DNA from: an uncultured delta proteobacterium
GTDB lineage: Bacteria; Desulfobacterota; Binatia; UBA9968
Direction: 5' to 3'
Length of the DNA stretch: 64,000 nt
NCBI GenBank assembly: GCA_963727625.1
Contig: CAVSHR010000004.1
Span: 1,504,001 to 1,568,000 of the forward strand
The number at the start of each line of letters is the position of its first letter. Position 1 is the stretch's first letter. Position numbers and translations under genes: made by a program. Below are positions 22,836-34,300 of the stretch, piece by piece. Below the pieces are notes generated by a model. It did no database searches. It saw only the letters and a list, made by a program, of their open reading frames with translations, and had not been told where the DNA came from.

Positions 22836-23372
22836 CTACTCCGAGTCATATTGGAGGATCGAATAGACTCCGTGAGGGCGCAGTTTCTCGCGCCCCTTGA
22901 GAAACGCAAGCTCGATCACAAAGGCGCATTCGACCACCTTGCCGCCGAGCTTAGAGACCAACTCGGCGGTTGCCGCGGCCGTGCCGCCGGTGGCGATCAG
23001 ATCGTCGGCGATGACCACACGGGCGTTGCGCGGGATAGCGTCGACATGAATTTCCAAAGCGTCCGTGCCGTATTCCAATTCATAGCTAGCCCGATGGGTC
23101 TCGTAAGGCAACTTGCCCGGCTTGCGCACTACGCTAAAGCCCGCGCCCAGTTTATAGGCCAACGCGGCGCCGATGATGAAGCCGCGCGATTCAATGCCAA
23201 GCACCGTGTCGATCTTTTGACCGTGGTAACGTTGCGCAAGCAGATCAATGGATTTGCCGAACAAAGCGCCGCTGGCAAGCAACGGCGTGATGTCCTTGAA
23301 GACAATTCCCGGTTTGGGAAAATTTGGAATGTCACGAATCGCCCGGCGAATGCCCGTGATATCATCGCTCAT
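22836..23372 (-). CDS. apt: Adenine phosphoribosyltransferase
   Basis: FPKPGIVFKDITP, ESRGF, RKPGKLP, Y.LEYG, DDLIATGGT. Confidence 0.96.
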   Translation of the reverse strand: MSDDITGIRRAIRDIPNFPKPGIVFKDITPLLASGALFGKSIDLLAQRYHGQKIDTVLGIESRGFIIGAALAYKLGAGFSVVRKPGKLPYETHRASYELEYGTDALEIHVDAIPRNARVVIADDLIATGGTAAATAELVSKLGGKVVECAFVIELAFLKGREKLRPHGVYSILQYDSE

Positions 23373-23666
23373 ATGGGTCGAACCCTTTCTATTATCTTCG
23401 CGAATGAGCCGTTGGTATTTTCGACCGGCTGGCTCAACTGAAATCAGCCCCGCACCTGCCGCCCAGTTTCAACGACGACTTCGAGCTTACGCTTTAGCCG
23501 TCTGCGCTTATCAAATTTCCCATCACGTGCCAGGAACAACCGTATCGCGGCTTTGATCGTGAGCGGCTTCGGAGACCACCCTTCGTCAATGAGCCGGTTT
23601 GAGCCTCCTCGACCTCGGCCGCCCTTTTGGTTGCAAATTCTTGCCGACTCTTTTATTCGTCCCAGC

Positions 23667-24422
23667 TCAACCTTTCGGCGCCACAATATCGGATGCCGGT
23701 ACACAGCACAACTGAGGCAAATAGCGCAGCGGATCTTGAGCCGCATTGTTTTTGCGGATTTCAAAATGCAGGTGCGGGCCGGTAACGCGACCCGTGCTGC
23801 CGACCTTGGCGATAATCTCCCCGCGGGCAACCTGCTGCCCTTCGCGCGCCAAATTGACCTGGTTATGAGCGTAGACCGACACGATCCCGCCATCATGACG
23901 CACGATCACGATGTTGCCGTACCCGCGCAATTGATCACTGTAGATGACTTCGCCTTGCTCCACCGCGCGAATCGGCGTGCCTTCCGTAGCGGCGATGTCA
24001 ATGCCGTCGTGAAAACTGACACCGCGCGGGCCGAAGCCGGAATTAATCGAGCCGCTCACGGGCCAGAGAAAAGCGCTCCCGTCGACACCCGGCGTCAACG
24101 GCGTGCTACGCCCGTTGACGGTCGATTCGACGGGCGTGATGACCTCCACCGGTAACGGCCGGCTCGCCCCCGGTATAAATATCCTTTGGCCGACGCGAAG
24201 CTGGCGCGGGTCGCGAATGCCGTTGCGCCGCGCCAGCTCTTCGTAAGTGACATCGTAGGCTTTGCCGATACGAAACAAATTTTCTCCGGGTCGAACCACG
24301 TGATAAATGCCGCGCGCGGATTTCACGACCCTCGGTGGCGGCCTCGCAAGCCGCGGCGCGCAACCCGGCAGCGACATCGCCGCAAGGAAAACCGCGCAAA
24401 GCGCTGCGCCGTTAAATTTCAT
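23667..24422 (-). CDS. LysM/M23 peptidase lipoprotein (NlpD-like)
   Basis: Lipobox LPGC, LysM domain, HDGIDI, YAH, GPHLHFE; lies downstream of pcm. Confidence 0.88.
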   Translation of the reverse strand: MKFNGAALCAVFLAAMSLPGCAPRLARPPPRVVKSARGIYHVVRPGENLFRIGKAYDVTYEELARRNGIRDPRQLRVGQRIFIPGASRPLPVEVITPVESTVNGRSTPLTPGVDGSAFLWPVSGSINSGFGPRGVSFHDGIDIAATEGTPIRAVEQGEVIYSDQLRGYGNIVIVRHDGGIVSVYAHNQVNLAREGQQVARGEIIAKVGSTGRVTGPHLHFEIRKNNAAQDPLRYLPQLCCVPASDIVAPKG

Positions 24423-24518
24423 CCGTGAGCTTGCCACTCTGTCCGCAGGAATCGGAGTTGCAAAGGGACGTGAGCGACACAACCGTCGATGGCCCAGGCG
24501 CCCCACCCGAGTTCTAGC

Positions 24519-25199
24519 TCATTCCCGCCAACCGTACTTGCCTAATAACTTGACGAACTTGCATTCGCCGAGCTGCTCTTCCTCGAGGCCGTACTGGGTA
24601 CGCGTGACGCGTAAAAGCATTTGCCCTTGATCGTCGCCGACTGGAATCACCAGGCGGCCTCCCATCGCGAGTTGATCGAGCAAAGGATTGGGCGGGGCGG
24701 GCGCTCCAGCGGTTACCACCACCGCATCGTAAGGCGCATGTTCCGACCAGCCGATGGTCCCGTCGCCCACGTGCAGAGCGATATTTTGGTAACCGAGACG
24801 GTCCAGTAAGGCGCGCGCCTTGCGCGACAACACGCGCAGCTTCTCGACGGAAAAGACATTAAAACAGAGCTCGGCTAACAAGGCGGTTTGGTAACCGGAG
24901 CCGGTGCCGACTTCCAAGACCTTTTCGTGACCGGTAAGCCGCAGCGCCTCGGTCATGCGCGCGGCCATGTAGGGTTGGGAAAGCGTCTGCTTCTCGCCGA
25001 TGGGCAAAGCGCTGTCGTTATAGGCGCGATTGATGATACCCGGGTCGACAAACAGGTGGCGCGGGACCTTGCGTAGCGCGGCGATGACCCGCGCGTCGGT
25101 AATGCCGCGGGCGACGATTTGCTCCTGAACCATCCGCTCTCTGGCCCAGACGAAATCATGAGGCACCGACAAAGGAAGTTTCACGTCTTCAGAAATCAA
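24519..25199 (-). CDS. pcm: Protein-L-isoaspartate O-methyltransferase
   Basis: VPRHLF, QTLSQP, LEVGTGSGY, APYD, FVKL. Exact start uncertain. Confidence 0.93.
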   Translation of the reverse strand: MISEDVKLPLSVPHDFVWARERMVQEQIVARGITDARVIAALRKVPRHLFVDPGIINRAYNDSALPIGEKQTLSQPYMAARMTEALRLTGHEKVLEVGTGSGYQTALLAELCFNVFSVEKLRVLSRKARALLDRLGYQNIALHVGDGTIGWSEHAPYDAVVVTAGAPAPPNPLLDQLAMGGRLVIPVGDDQGQMLLRVTRTQYGLEEEQLGECKFVKLLGKYGWRE

Positions 25200-25285
25200 G
25201 CGATTGGAAAATTTTATTCATGGCTGCGCTCACATTTCCGCAAACAACCAGTCGAACACCATGTGAACACTTACCGTAATGAACC

Positions 25286-25433
25286 GACATCGCGCCAATC
25301 CCATTTACACCAACCTGTCTAACTTCCCCTGCTTGACATCGGAGGCGCACCACGACCGCTCACCCCGGGAGCCCTGGACCATGCGTAAGAACCGATGCTC
25401 AGAACTCCGCTTGGACGGCTGAAGCGCTGTATC
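25286..25433 (-). ncRNA. Candidate rod-shaped structured RNA/leader upstream of pcm
   Basis: Nested complementary segments found by eye; begins about 7 nt after an extended -10 element (TGtTAAAAT, 25449-25441). No family recognised. Confidence 0.3.
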
Positions 25434-25587
25434 ACCGCGGATTTTAACACTAAACGAACGTAGCTTTCCAGACAGCTGTGAATTTAATCGTGGCGCGACG
25501 TGGCTCTCAGTGTTTCCAGCCAGCGAAGAATCAATAGGTGTTTATAAAGTTGGGACAAGAACCCTAGCTTTCGGTACCCTGCTCCGC

Positions 25588-25962
25588 CTAAAGTTTGCCC
25601 TGTTCTTTTAACTCGCGCAGGCGCCAGGCGATAATGCTTTCGACACTTTCTTCCGGCAACCCAGGCGGTATGGAGCTCGGTTCAGCACCTAGCTGAACGA
25701 GTTTTTCACGCATTGTGCTTAAACCGGCGTGGAGGCGCTGATGGTCCCTGACACAATTGGAGCAGTCCGTGAGTTTTTCATCGATGAGGCTTCGATAACG
25801 CTCTAGGTTTTGTTTCTCTTCGTCAAATAACACGGCGAGCTGTTCGCGGATCTCAAAAGTTTGCTCTTGCAGAGTCTCACTGATGTGGCTCAAGTTGATT
25901 TTCATCTGCAAGATGATATCCATCAGCCGATCAACGGACTGTCCGTTCATTTGCCCACCCAT
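25588..25962 (-). CDS. Hypothetical coiled-coil protein
   Basis: Heptad-like L/E/Q-rich ORF; start uncertain (25950-26040). Confidence 0.55.
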   Translation of the reverse strand: MGGQMNGQSVDRLMDIILQMKINLSHISETLQEQTFEIREQLAVLFDEEKQNLERYRSLIDEKLTDCSNCVRDHQRLHAGLSTMREKLVQLGAEPSSIPPGLPEESVESIIAWRLRELKEQGKL

Positions 25963-26487
25963 GTCGCCTTTCACAGGATTGATCGCCGGCTCTGTGGTTT
26001 GAAAACCGGCTGTTGCCGCAGCGCCTCCGCTCATTGCCAACGACGTTCTAGACTTTCTATTCCTTCCCGCTTTGCAATGTCAAGAATTTTGCGCCGTTCC
26101 ACATAAATTAAATCGTTTTCAGTGACGATCTTCACTCGCAGGATCGGCCTCAAGACCGATGAAAAGATACCAACGGCTCGCGAGCATAGCCAACGAGCAT
26201 AGCCAAGCGTTAAAGAAACCACATCGGATCAAATCGACCCGTCGCTTGAACCGAGCCAATGAGTGAAAAAATCCGTTGGCTGCATATGCCACGGTGCGGA
26301 CCCATGACGATTCTACATCCAGAAATTTACCAAATCGCTTTTGGTGTTTTCCGGGATTGTCCCCCAATGAGAGCCACCTGATCGGCCGGGGATGAACTTG
26401 AGCGGGCTAAAACAGACTATTGTCAGACAACTCTTGGCGGCGAGATTAACGACTTTCCTATGGATCCGAAACAACTGCAGTAAAAAA

Positions 26488-26564
26488 TGGTCGGGGCGAC
26501 CGGATTTGAACCGGTGACCACACGCACCCCAAGCGTGTGCGCTACCAGGCTGCGCTACGCCCCG
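26488..26564 (-). tRNA. tRNA-Pro(GGG)
   Basis: CGGGGCGTAGCGCAGCCTGGTAGCGC..., anticodon arm CACGC-TTGGGGT-GCGTG, T-loop GTTCAAATC, encoded CCA. Confidence 0.96.
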
Positions 26565-26900
26565 ACAGGGGACTTTTATAGTTGCCAAACTAGCACCCCG
26601 ACAGTGTCAATTCAATTGACCGAATTGCAAGAGTCGGCCTGTTTGACGTAAAGCCGTCAGGCAATCTTCGTTCAACGAAGCGGCGTCTGCTTAAGACACT
26701 GTGACACGAAAGCTAGAGAGTCGACTTAGCACATGATCTCCGCTATTTTTGATACCCCGTAGTATGCTGGAAGGTAGATCATTAGCCGCTGATTGCCGCA
26801 TTAATTAGCGAGTCGCCGGACAGAGCGCGCGCCAGGCAAAAATGACGCAATTAAAAAAGCCGAAGCAAATTCCGGGCAACCATGGAACATTTCCCGTGAG

Positions 26901-26959
26901 CGCTGCTATAGCAGCGGCTCTAAAAACGAACAGAACATGTAAGGAATCTTTACATGTTC
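26901..26959. promoter_or_regulatory. Two palindromes upstream of the NRPS operon (putative enhancer/operator)
   Basis: CGCTGCTATAGCAGCG (26901-26916, perfect) and GAACATGTAA-N7-TTACATGTTC (26933-26959, contains TGT-N11-ACA). Confidence 0.55.
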
Positions 26960-27025
26960 GAGTTTTCATTCATCCGCCGAGGTCATAACACCTCTGAATT
27001 CCGATAAATTCCCACTCCATGGGAA

Positions 27026-27041
27026 CGGCATTGTGATTGCT
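27026..27041 (+). promoter_or_regulatory. Putative sigma54 (-24/-12) promoter of the NRPS operon
   Basis: CGGCATTGTGATTGCT = GG-N10-GC with GGCA and TTGC. Confidence 0.55.
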
Positions 27042-27293
27042 TTGATCACTGGGTCTAAGCCTTAACCGCTAGGGTTCTAGAATCCTATTTTTCAAACGAA
27101 TAAATCAATAGATGATCAGAATGCTATTTTTCACTGACATGGTACTTTCTCCGGCTGGGTCGATTACTGTTTTGGTATTGAATTTTGCAAACGGTTGGCT
27201 GACCCCCAGTTGGTCAAACGGGGCCGGCGCCGGACAAAGTTCCAAAACATCGGCTCGCGGAATAAATAGCGCCAATGGGCAACCGAGAGCAAA

Positions 27294-29282
27294 ATGATCA
27301 ATCGACTCACGAACCTGCCACCGGCGCAGCAAGCGATCCGGGATAAGTGTTTTCACCCTTCCGGAACCTTTGTCGAGTTTCCGACCGAGGATGTCGAGAC
27401 TTCGATCCCGGCGCGGTTCGAAAAGATCGTAAGGATGTATCCGGATCGGATCGCGGTCAAGGCCGAAATCACTCGGTTACTTATACAGAGTTGAACGCGA
27501 TGGCGAATCGGGTCGCTCTAGCTGTTTCGTTGCAACAGCGGGTCTATTCTGAGCCTGTCGGCATCTTTCTTGAGCAAGAAGTCGAACGAATCGCAGCCAT
27601 GCTTGGTGTGCTTAAGGCAGGCGGATACTTCGTTCTATTGGATCCTGCTTTGCCGTCGGCTCGGATAGCCACGATTTTGGCAGATTCGGGAGCCACTCAC
27701 GTTATTGGCAATGAAAGGACCGGTGCTGATTTACGAATGTCCTCGGGGATTAGTAGTAGATTTATTGCTTTTGAAGGGTTCATGGTACATGCTCTTGCCT
27801 CCCATCCGCGGCAGGGGAGTTCGCCAAGCGACTATAGTTATATCGCCTACACCTCCGGCTCTCTAGGGCAACCCAAAGCGATCATCCAGACCCATCGGAG
27901 CCTTCTTCACCGGGTCATGCTGCATGTCCGTGTAAGCGATATCACTTGCCAGGACCGAGTGGCGCATCTCACTTCCGGGACATCCAACGCGATTACCACA
28001 GCATTCTATGCTCTGCTTAACGGTGCGACTCTCTGTCCCTTTGACGTCAAGAAATATGGGGTCGACGCGCTTGCAGGTTGGCTGGCCCGAGACCAAATTT
28101 CAATTTGCTTCATTAGCGCCACACTTTTTCGCGATCTTTGCAGCGTTCTGGACCGCGGCGAAAACTTTCCCGTTCTTCGGTTTATTAAATTGCGCAGTGA
28201 AGCGGCTTTGAAAAGTGACGTCGAACTTTTCAAAAAGTACTTTTCGTCGAAATGTAGATTAGTGCATTCACTATCATCCAGTGAAACTGGAACGCTTTGT
28301 AATTATATCGTATGTCGCGACAAGGAGATCCCGATCGACGAATTGCCGATTGGTTTTCCCGCTGAGGGTAAAGAAATTTATTTGCTCGACGACGAAGGAA
28401 AAACATTAGGCTTCAACGAAGTTGGTGAAATCGTCGTCCGCAGCCGTTACCTTTCGCGCGGTTATTGGCGTCGCCCGGAACTCACCGAAGCCAAGTTTAA
28501 AAGCGACCCAAATGACGCTGACACGAAGCATTACCGTACAGGCGATTTGGCTCTGATGCTTCCCGATGGCTGTTTGATCCACAAAGGGCGAAAGGATTTT
28601 AGGGTCAAGCTTCGTGGCTATGGAGTTGACCTAAAAGAAGTTGAGAAAGTACTGCTGGAGCATCCTGCAATTGACAACGCCGCGGTGGTCACGTGGCAAG
28701 GGCTGGCCGGGCAGCAGTGCTTGGCGGGCTATGTTGTTTTATGCAAAGGTGTCGCGCTCAGCGTAAGTGACATCAAAGAACATTTGAAGATTAAATTGCC
28801 CGATTACATGATTCCTGCGAAGCTCATTTTTTTAAATTCGCTGCCCCTGACGAACGGGAAGTTGGACCGTCTGGCCCTGCCGATGCCGGATAATAACCGT
28901 CCGGATTTAAAAGAATCTTACGTAGCGCCACGGAGCGACATTGAAAGAAAGCTCTCCGAGATATGGGCGGAAGTTTTGAGTGATTGATCGAGTCGGCATC
29001 CACGATGATTTCTTCGACTTGGGCGGTCATTCGCTGGCGGCATCGCGGGTGATCTCCCGGGTGATTCAATCATTTAACCTAGAGCTGCCGGTTAAGGCGC
29101 TCTTCGAATCACCGACGGTCGCTGAGATGGCGGCAGTCATCGCAAAACACGAAGCGAAGCCGGCAAGCGACGCAGACCTAGCGCAGATGCTGCGTGAGGT
29201 AGAGGCGATGACGGAAGAAGAAGCGCAGAAACGGCTTGCCGGGCAAAGCGCGCGCGACTCTACCGGAGATGGACATGAGTGA
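27294..29282 (+). pseudogene. NRPS A-T loading unit 1 (frameshifts at ~27465 and ~28982; decay or sequence error)
   Basis: Joins ORFs 27294, 27347 and 28980: head LPPAQQAIRDKCFHP, YTSGS, YRTGD, NGKLDR, FFDLGGHSL, acidic tail. Confidence 0.75.
27326..27461 (+). repeat. ~136-bp NRPS head repeat, copy 1 (others at 29316-29451, 35094-35229, truncated at ~41094-41107)
   Basis: Copies 1 and 2 differ at 11 of 136 positions by manual alignment. Confidence 0.85.
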
Positions 29283-31233
29283 TTCTCTCAATCTGGGCTT
29301 CACCCTTCCACCTGAGCAGCAAGCGATCAGGGATAAGTGTTTTCATCCGTCCGGAACCTTTGTCGAGTTTCCGATCGAGGATGTCCAGACTTCTATCCCA
29401 GCGCGGTTCGAAAAGATCGTAAAAATGTATCCCCATCGGATCGCGGTCAAGACCGCTGACGAAAGCATAACTTATGAAGCCTTAAATCAGTCTGCGAATC
29501 GACTCGCCAATGTTATCCTGGCTTGCGTCGAAAATACCGATGCACCTGTTGCCGTAATCCTTCGTCCGGGAATTGCGCAGTGTGCGGCGATTTTAGCGGT
29601 TCTAAAAGCAGGCAAAATATTGTTGCTCCAGGATTCAAGAAGCGACTCGGATGAAGTTGACCATTTCCTGACGGACTCTCAAGCCGGGCTGATTCTTAGA
29701 AGCGAAAAAAACAAGTGGAGCCTTACCGAAAGGGCAGCGACGAGTTCACGGGTGGTCGACATCGAGACTTCAAATATCGATAGCGAGAATCCTAGAATCC
29801 TCATACACCCCGATACTCCAGCCTACATAAAATACACATCAGGCTCCTCGGGACGAGCCAAAGGCATTGTGATCTCCCATCGAACACTCCTGCATAGAGT
29901 CATGACTTATACGAACTCTTGCCACTTTTCCGCGCAAGATCGGCTGGTTCGAGTAAACAGAAATACCATCAGTAGGCAATTGTTTATCCATTTGCTCAAT
30001 GGCGCGACATATTGCCCTTATGATTTCGATAGTGAGGGGTTACACCATTTAGCGATTTGGATGAAAACCCGCGCAATCACAATTTATCGATCGTTTCCCG
30101 GAGTCTTTCGATTATTAGTGAGCTCGTTGGCCGGTCAGGAACGTCTCACAACTTTGCGTCTAATCCGGCTAGGCGGAGAACCCCTCTATCGCAGCGATGT
30201 AGAATTATTCAATAGACATTTCTCATCTGACTGCGTGCTCATTCATTCTTACGCTGCCAGTGAAACAGGACTCATTTCCACCTACTACCTTGATCACAAT
30301 ATGAAAATTCTCGGTCACCGTGTTCCGGTGGGTTATCCGGTAAGCGGCAAGAATGTGTCCATCATCGACACGGACGGCAACGAACTTCCAGTCGACCAGA
30401 CTGGCGAAATCGCGGTGAAGAGTCGATTTCTTTCCGCGGGATATTGGCGACGCGGTGAGGACACGAGCAACACATTTGAATCTTCAGCTGTGGGTTCCGA
30501 GACAAAACTCTATCGCACCGGTGACCTGGGGCGGCTATCCAACGACGGTTGCTTGGAGCATTTGGGACGGAAGGATGACCGGATAAAGATTCGGAATTTC
30601 AGGGTTGATATTGGCGAGGTCGAAGCCAAACTCATGGAACACCCGGAAGTCAAACTTGCGGTGGTCACGGCGAAGGAAGATGCCAGCGGTGATGCGAGAC
30701 TGGTTGCCTACTTTGTGCCTCAAGATCTACCGGCCCCGACCGTTACAGTTCTCCGCGAATTTCTTAGTGCGTCGCTGCCGAGCTATATGGTTCCGTCGGT
30801 TTTCATTGCACTGGCCGAGCTACCTTTAACAAAGAACGGAAAAATCGATCGCCGCAATTTACCCACGCCCGGCAAACGGAGACCGAATTTGGCGACGCCC
30901 TTCGTCGAGCCAACATCGACGATTCAAACAAAACTCGCAGGGATCTGGAAGGATGTTTTAGCGCTTGACCAAGTCGGGATTGACGACAACTTCTTCGACC
31001 TCGGTGGTCATTCATTAACGGCGGCCCAGATCATCTCTCGGCTTATTCAGGCTTTTCAGTTAGAGTTGCCGCTTAAATCGCTGTTCCAGGCGCCGACGAT
31101 CGCTGAAATGGCGGCGATCATCGCGGAGCATCAAGGAGAAAACTTAACCGTGCAAGCCATGGAACGCGTTTTGAGCGAAATAGAATCGATGTCTGATGAT
31201 GAAGCGCAAAGAATAGTAGCTAAGGAAGTGTAA
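29275..31233 (+). CDS. NRPS A-T loading unit 2
   Basis: ATG 29275; LPPEQQAIRDKCFHP head, YTSGSSG, YRTGD, LTKNGKIDR, FFDLGGHSL, tail LSEIESMSDDE. Confidence 0.88.
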   Translation: MSDSLNLGFTLPPEQQAIRDKCFHPSGTFVEFPIEDVQTSIPARFEKIVKMYPHRIAVKTADESITYEALNQSANRLANVILACVENTDAPVAVILRPGIAQCAAILAVLKAGKILLLQDSRSDSDEVDHFLTDSQAGLILRSEKNKWSLTERAATSSRVVDIETSNIDSENPRILIHPDTPAYIKYTSGSSGRAKGIVISHRTLLHRVMTYTNSCHFSAQDRLVRVNRNTISRQLFIHLLNGATYCPYDFDSEGLHHLAIWMKTRAITIYRSFPGVFRLLVSSLAGQERLTTLRLIRLGGEPLYRSDVELFNRHFSSDCVLIHSYAASETGLISTYYLDHNMKILGHRVPVGYPVSGKNVSIIDTDGNELPVDQTGEIAVKSRFLSAGYWRRGEDTSNTFESSAVGSETKLYRTGDLGRLSNDGCLEHLGRKDDRIKIRNFRVDIGEVEAKLMEHPEVKLAVVTAKEDASGDARLVAYFVPQDLPAPTVTVLREFLSASLPSYMVPSVFIALAELPLTKNGKIDRRNLPTPGKRRPNLATPFVEPTSTIQTKLAGIWKDVLALDQVGIDDNFFDLGGHSLTAAQIISRLIQAFQLELPLKSLFQAPTIAEMAAIIAEHQGENLTVQAMERVLSEIESMSDDEAQRIVAKEV

Positions 31234-31348
31234 AGCCGTGGAACGTGCTGACCATGATTTTGGTCGCTCAACAATGGAGCTCGGCCGCTCTTAAAATTTA
31301 ATCGAAGTGTCGATCGAGCAAAGAAACGTTTATTTGGAAAGAAGAGCG

Positions 31349-34300
31349 ATGTCTACTGGATTACAAAACGAACTAAGCAAACGAATGGCTGCGCTATCAC
31401 CCGCAAAGCGGGCGCTTCTCGAGGAACGGTTGAATAAAAAGAGCCCTGATACATCAGTGACGGAGGCCATACCGCGCCGCCCATCGCGGGAATCCGCATC
31501 CCTCTCCTTCGCCCAGGAACGTTTGTGGTTTCTCAATCAATTCGATCCCGAGAGCTCGGCCTACAACGAGCCGAGAGTAATACGATTGAGCGGTTCGCTC
31601 GATGTAAAAGCCCTAGACAAAGCCCTCAATCATATAGTCGCGCGGCACGAAGTGTTACGGACGACGATTGTCGTCGTCGACGGAAGCCCCATGCAACGGA
31701 TCGCAGAGCGCCGCACTATAGACCTGCCGGTGATCGATCTGCGGATTCATAGCGTCCAGGACCGCGACGCCGAGGCGCGCCGATTGATAGATGAAACGAT
31801 CCGCCATCCATTCAACCTGTCTACCGATCTAATGTTACGACCGTTATTGCTGCAATTAGGTGACCAAGAGCACATCCTCGTTCTCGTAAAGCACCATGTG
31901 GCTACGGACGGCTGGTCCTCGGGACTATTTTGGCGCGAAGTTGCAACCCTATATAGAGCATTTAGGACCGGGCAACCGGCGAATCTTCCGGAGCTGCCGA
32001 TTCAGTACGCGGATTACGCAGAATGGCAACGAGAGTTGCTGCAGGGAGAGGTTTTAGAAACTCAGATTTCCTATTGGAAGCAACAGCTCGCCGGCGTTTC
32101 GGACTTGCAACTGCCGACCGATCGGCCGCGGCCGGCGGTGCAGAGTTATCGTGGCGCGCGGCAGTCAATTTCGTTTTCCAGAGAACTAACGGACACTCTC
32201 ATCAGCTTGAGCCGGAAGGAAAACGCCACGCTTTACATGGTTTTACTGGCAGCGTTTCAGACTTTGCTTTCTCGATATTCAGGACAGATGACTATTGCAG
32301 TCGGTTCTCCGATTGCGAACCGCACGCGCCCCGAAATAGAAACCTTGATAGGATTTTTTGCCAATACACTGGTCCTTCGCGGTGACCTATCAGACAATCC
32401 GACCTTTAAAGAATTCTTGGTTCGCATGAAGAACGTTGCTTTGGACGCCTATGCGCACCAGGATCTGCCGTTTGAAAAACTAGTGGCAGAGTTACGGCCG
32501 GAAAGAAATTTGAGCAACTCTCCGCTATTCCAGGTCATGTTCGTATTCCAAAACGCCCCAAGGGAGGCTCTAACGTTGCCGGGGCTTACTATGTCTAATG
32601 TCGAACCGGGGAAGACGACGGCCAAATTCGATCTCCTCTTATCGCTCCGCGAAGACACAGCGGGTTTGAGAGGATCCTTGGAATATAGCACCGATTTATT
32701 TGACGAGTCGACGATTATTCGGATGCTTAGGCATTTTCGAACCCTGCTCGAAGGCATCGTGGCCGACCCGAACCGGCGGACCGGCGAATTGCCACTGCTG
32801 GCCGAAGCCGATCGGCATCAATTGCTGTTAGAGTGGAACGACACTCGACGGAATTTTTTGCAAAGCAAAAGTATCGTCGCGATGTTCGAGAAACAGGTCG
32901 AGCGAGAACCCGACGCGCTCGCTGTAATATTTGAAAATAGCACTCTGACCTACCGAGAACTCAATCAGCGGGCCAACCAGCTGGCGCATTACCTGATCAG
33001 GCGGGGAGTTCAGGCAGAGACCCCCGTGGCCATTTGTCTCGAACGGTCCGTAGAACTTGTCGTAGGCTTATTGGCCATTCTCAAGGCCGGAGGAGTTTAT
33101 CTACCTCTGGAACCGAGCTATCCGCAAGAGCGGCTTACATTCACGCTACAAGATTCGCAGGCGCCATTGGTGATAAGTACTCAGTCCATGTCGTCACGGT
33201 TCTCGTGCGATGGGGTAGAGTCGATCTTTTTGGATATAGCGCAGGGGGACATCGCGCGGGAAGGTCGATCCAATCCAGGACTTTCTATTGCACCGGACAG
33301 CCCGGCTTATGTGCTTTATACCTCGGGTTCCACCGGTCGGCCTAAGGGCGTCGTGATGGGACACGGGGCGCTTAGGAATTTGATCTCCTGGCAGTTGGAG
33401 AATTTCAGCGCGCCCGCGGCGGCCCGTACCCTGCAGTTTGCATCTCCAGGTTTCGACGTCTCGATCCAGGAGATGTTCTCCACGTGGTGCGGAGGCGGAT
33501 CGCTGGTTTTGATCGATGATGAGCTTAGAAAAGACGCGCTAGGATTGCTGCAATACCTGGACGAACAATCCGTTGAGCGATTATTTTTGCCTTTTGTCGC
33601 CCTCCAGCAGTTGGCGGATGCCGGAGCGCAAATGCTACGTGCCCCCAAGAGTTTACGCGAAATCATCACGGCCGGTGAACAACTGCGGCTCAGCGAAGAG
33701 TTAAGAGCGTTTTTGAACAGACTTGGCGATTGCTGCTTACGCAACCAGTATGGCCCGACTGAAAGTCACGTAGTGACTGAATTTACACTTAAATCGCCAT
33801 TTGATCATTTTTCTGAACTTCCGCCCATCGGACGGCCGATAGCGAACACGCAAGTTTACATCGTCGATTCACATTTAAACCCTGTTCCTGTCGGAGTGAC
33901 GGGAGAACTCCATATTTGCGGAGAGGGGTTAGCGCGAGGTTATTTAAACCGCCCTGAGCTAACCGCAGAGAAATTCATTCCGAATCCGTTCAGCACCGAG
34001 CCGGGAGCCCGTCTGTATAAGACCGGGGACCTCGCTCGCTACCTGCCCGACGGTAACATCGAGTTTCTCAGCCGAATCGATCAACAGGTCAAGATACGAG
34101 GTTATCGGATTGAGCTAGGCGAGATCGAGGCGGTGCTCGGACAGCATCCCTCGGTCCGAGAGGTTGCTGTGCTGGCCAGAGAAGATAGCCCGGGTGACAA
34201 GCGTTTGGTGGCATATGTGGTCAGCGCGTCAAGCTCAAGCTCTTTGGCAAGCGAACTGCGCACATTTCTACAACAGAAGTTCCCCGAGTACATGGTGCCG

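Noticed and set aside
23373-23666. Possible small gene between nlpD and apt (GAGGAGG present)
   Set aside because: No well-placed start codon or recognisable product.
25286-25433. 6S RNA, SRP RNA or tRNA-Sec identity for the structured region
   Set aside because: Signature motifs not found; kept only as an unassigned candidate.
26313-26588. 91-aa ORF
   Set aside because: Overlaps tRNA-Pro; spurious.
27112-27297. 61-aa ORF overlapping the first NRPS start (ATGA), possible leader or precursor peptide
   Set aside because: No clear SD, no RiPP-like features or modifying enzymes; cannot be supported without homologs.
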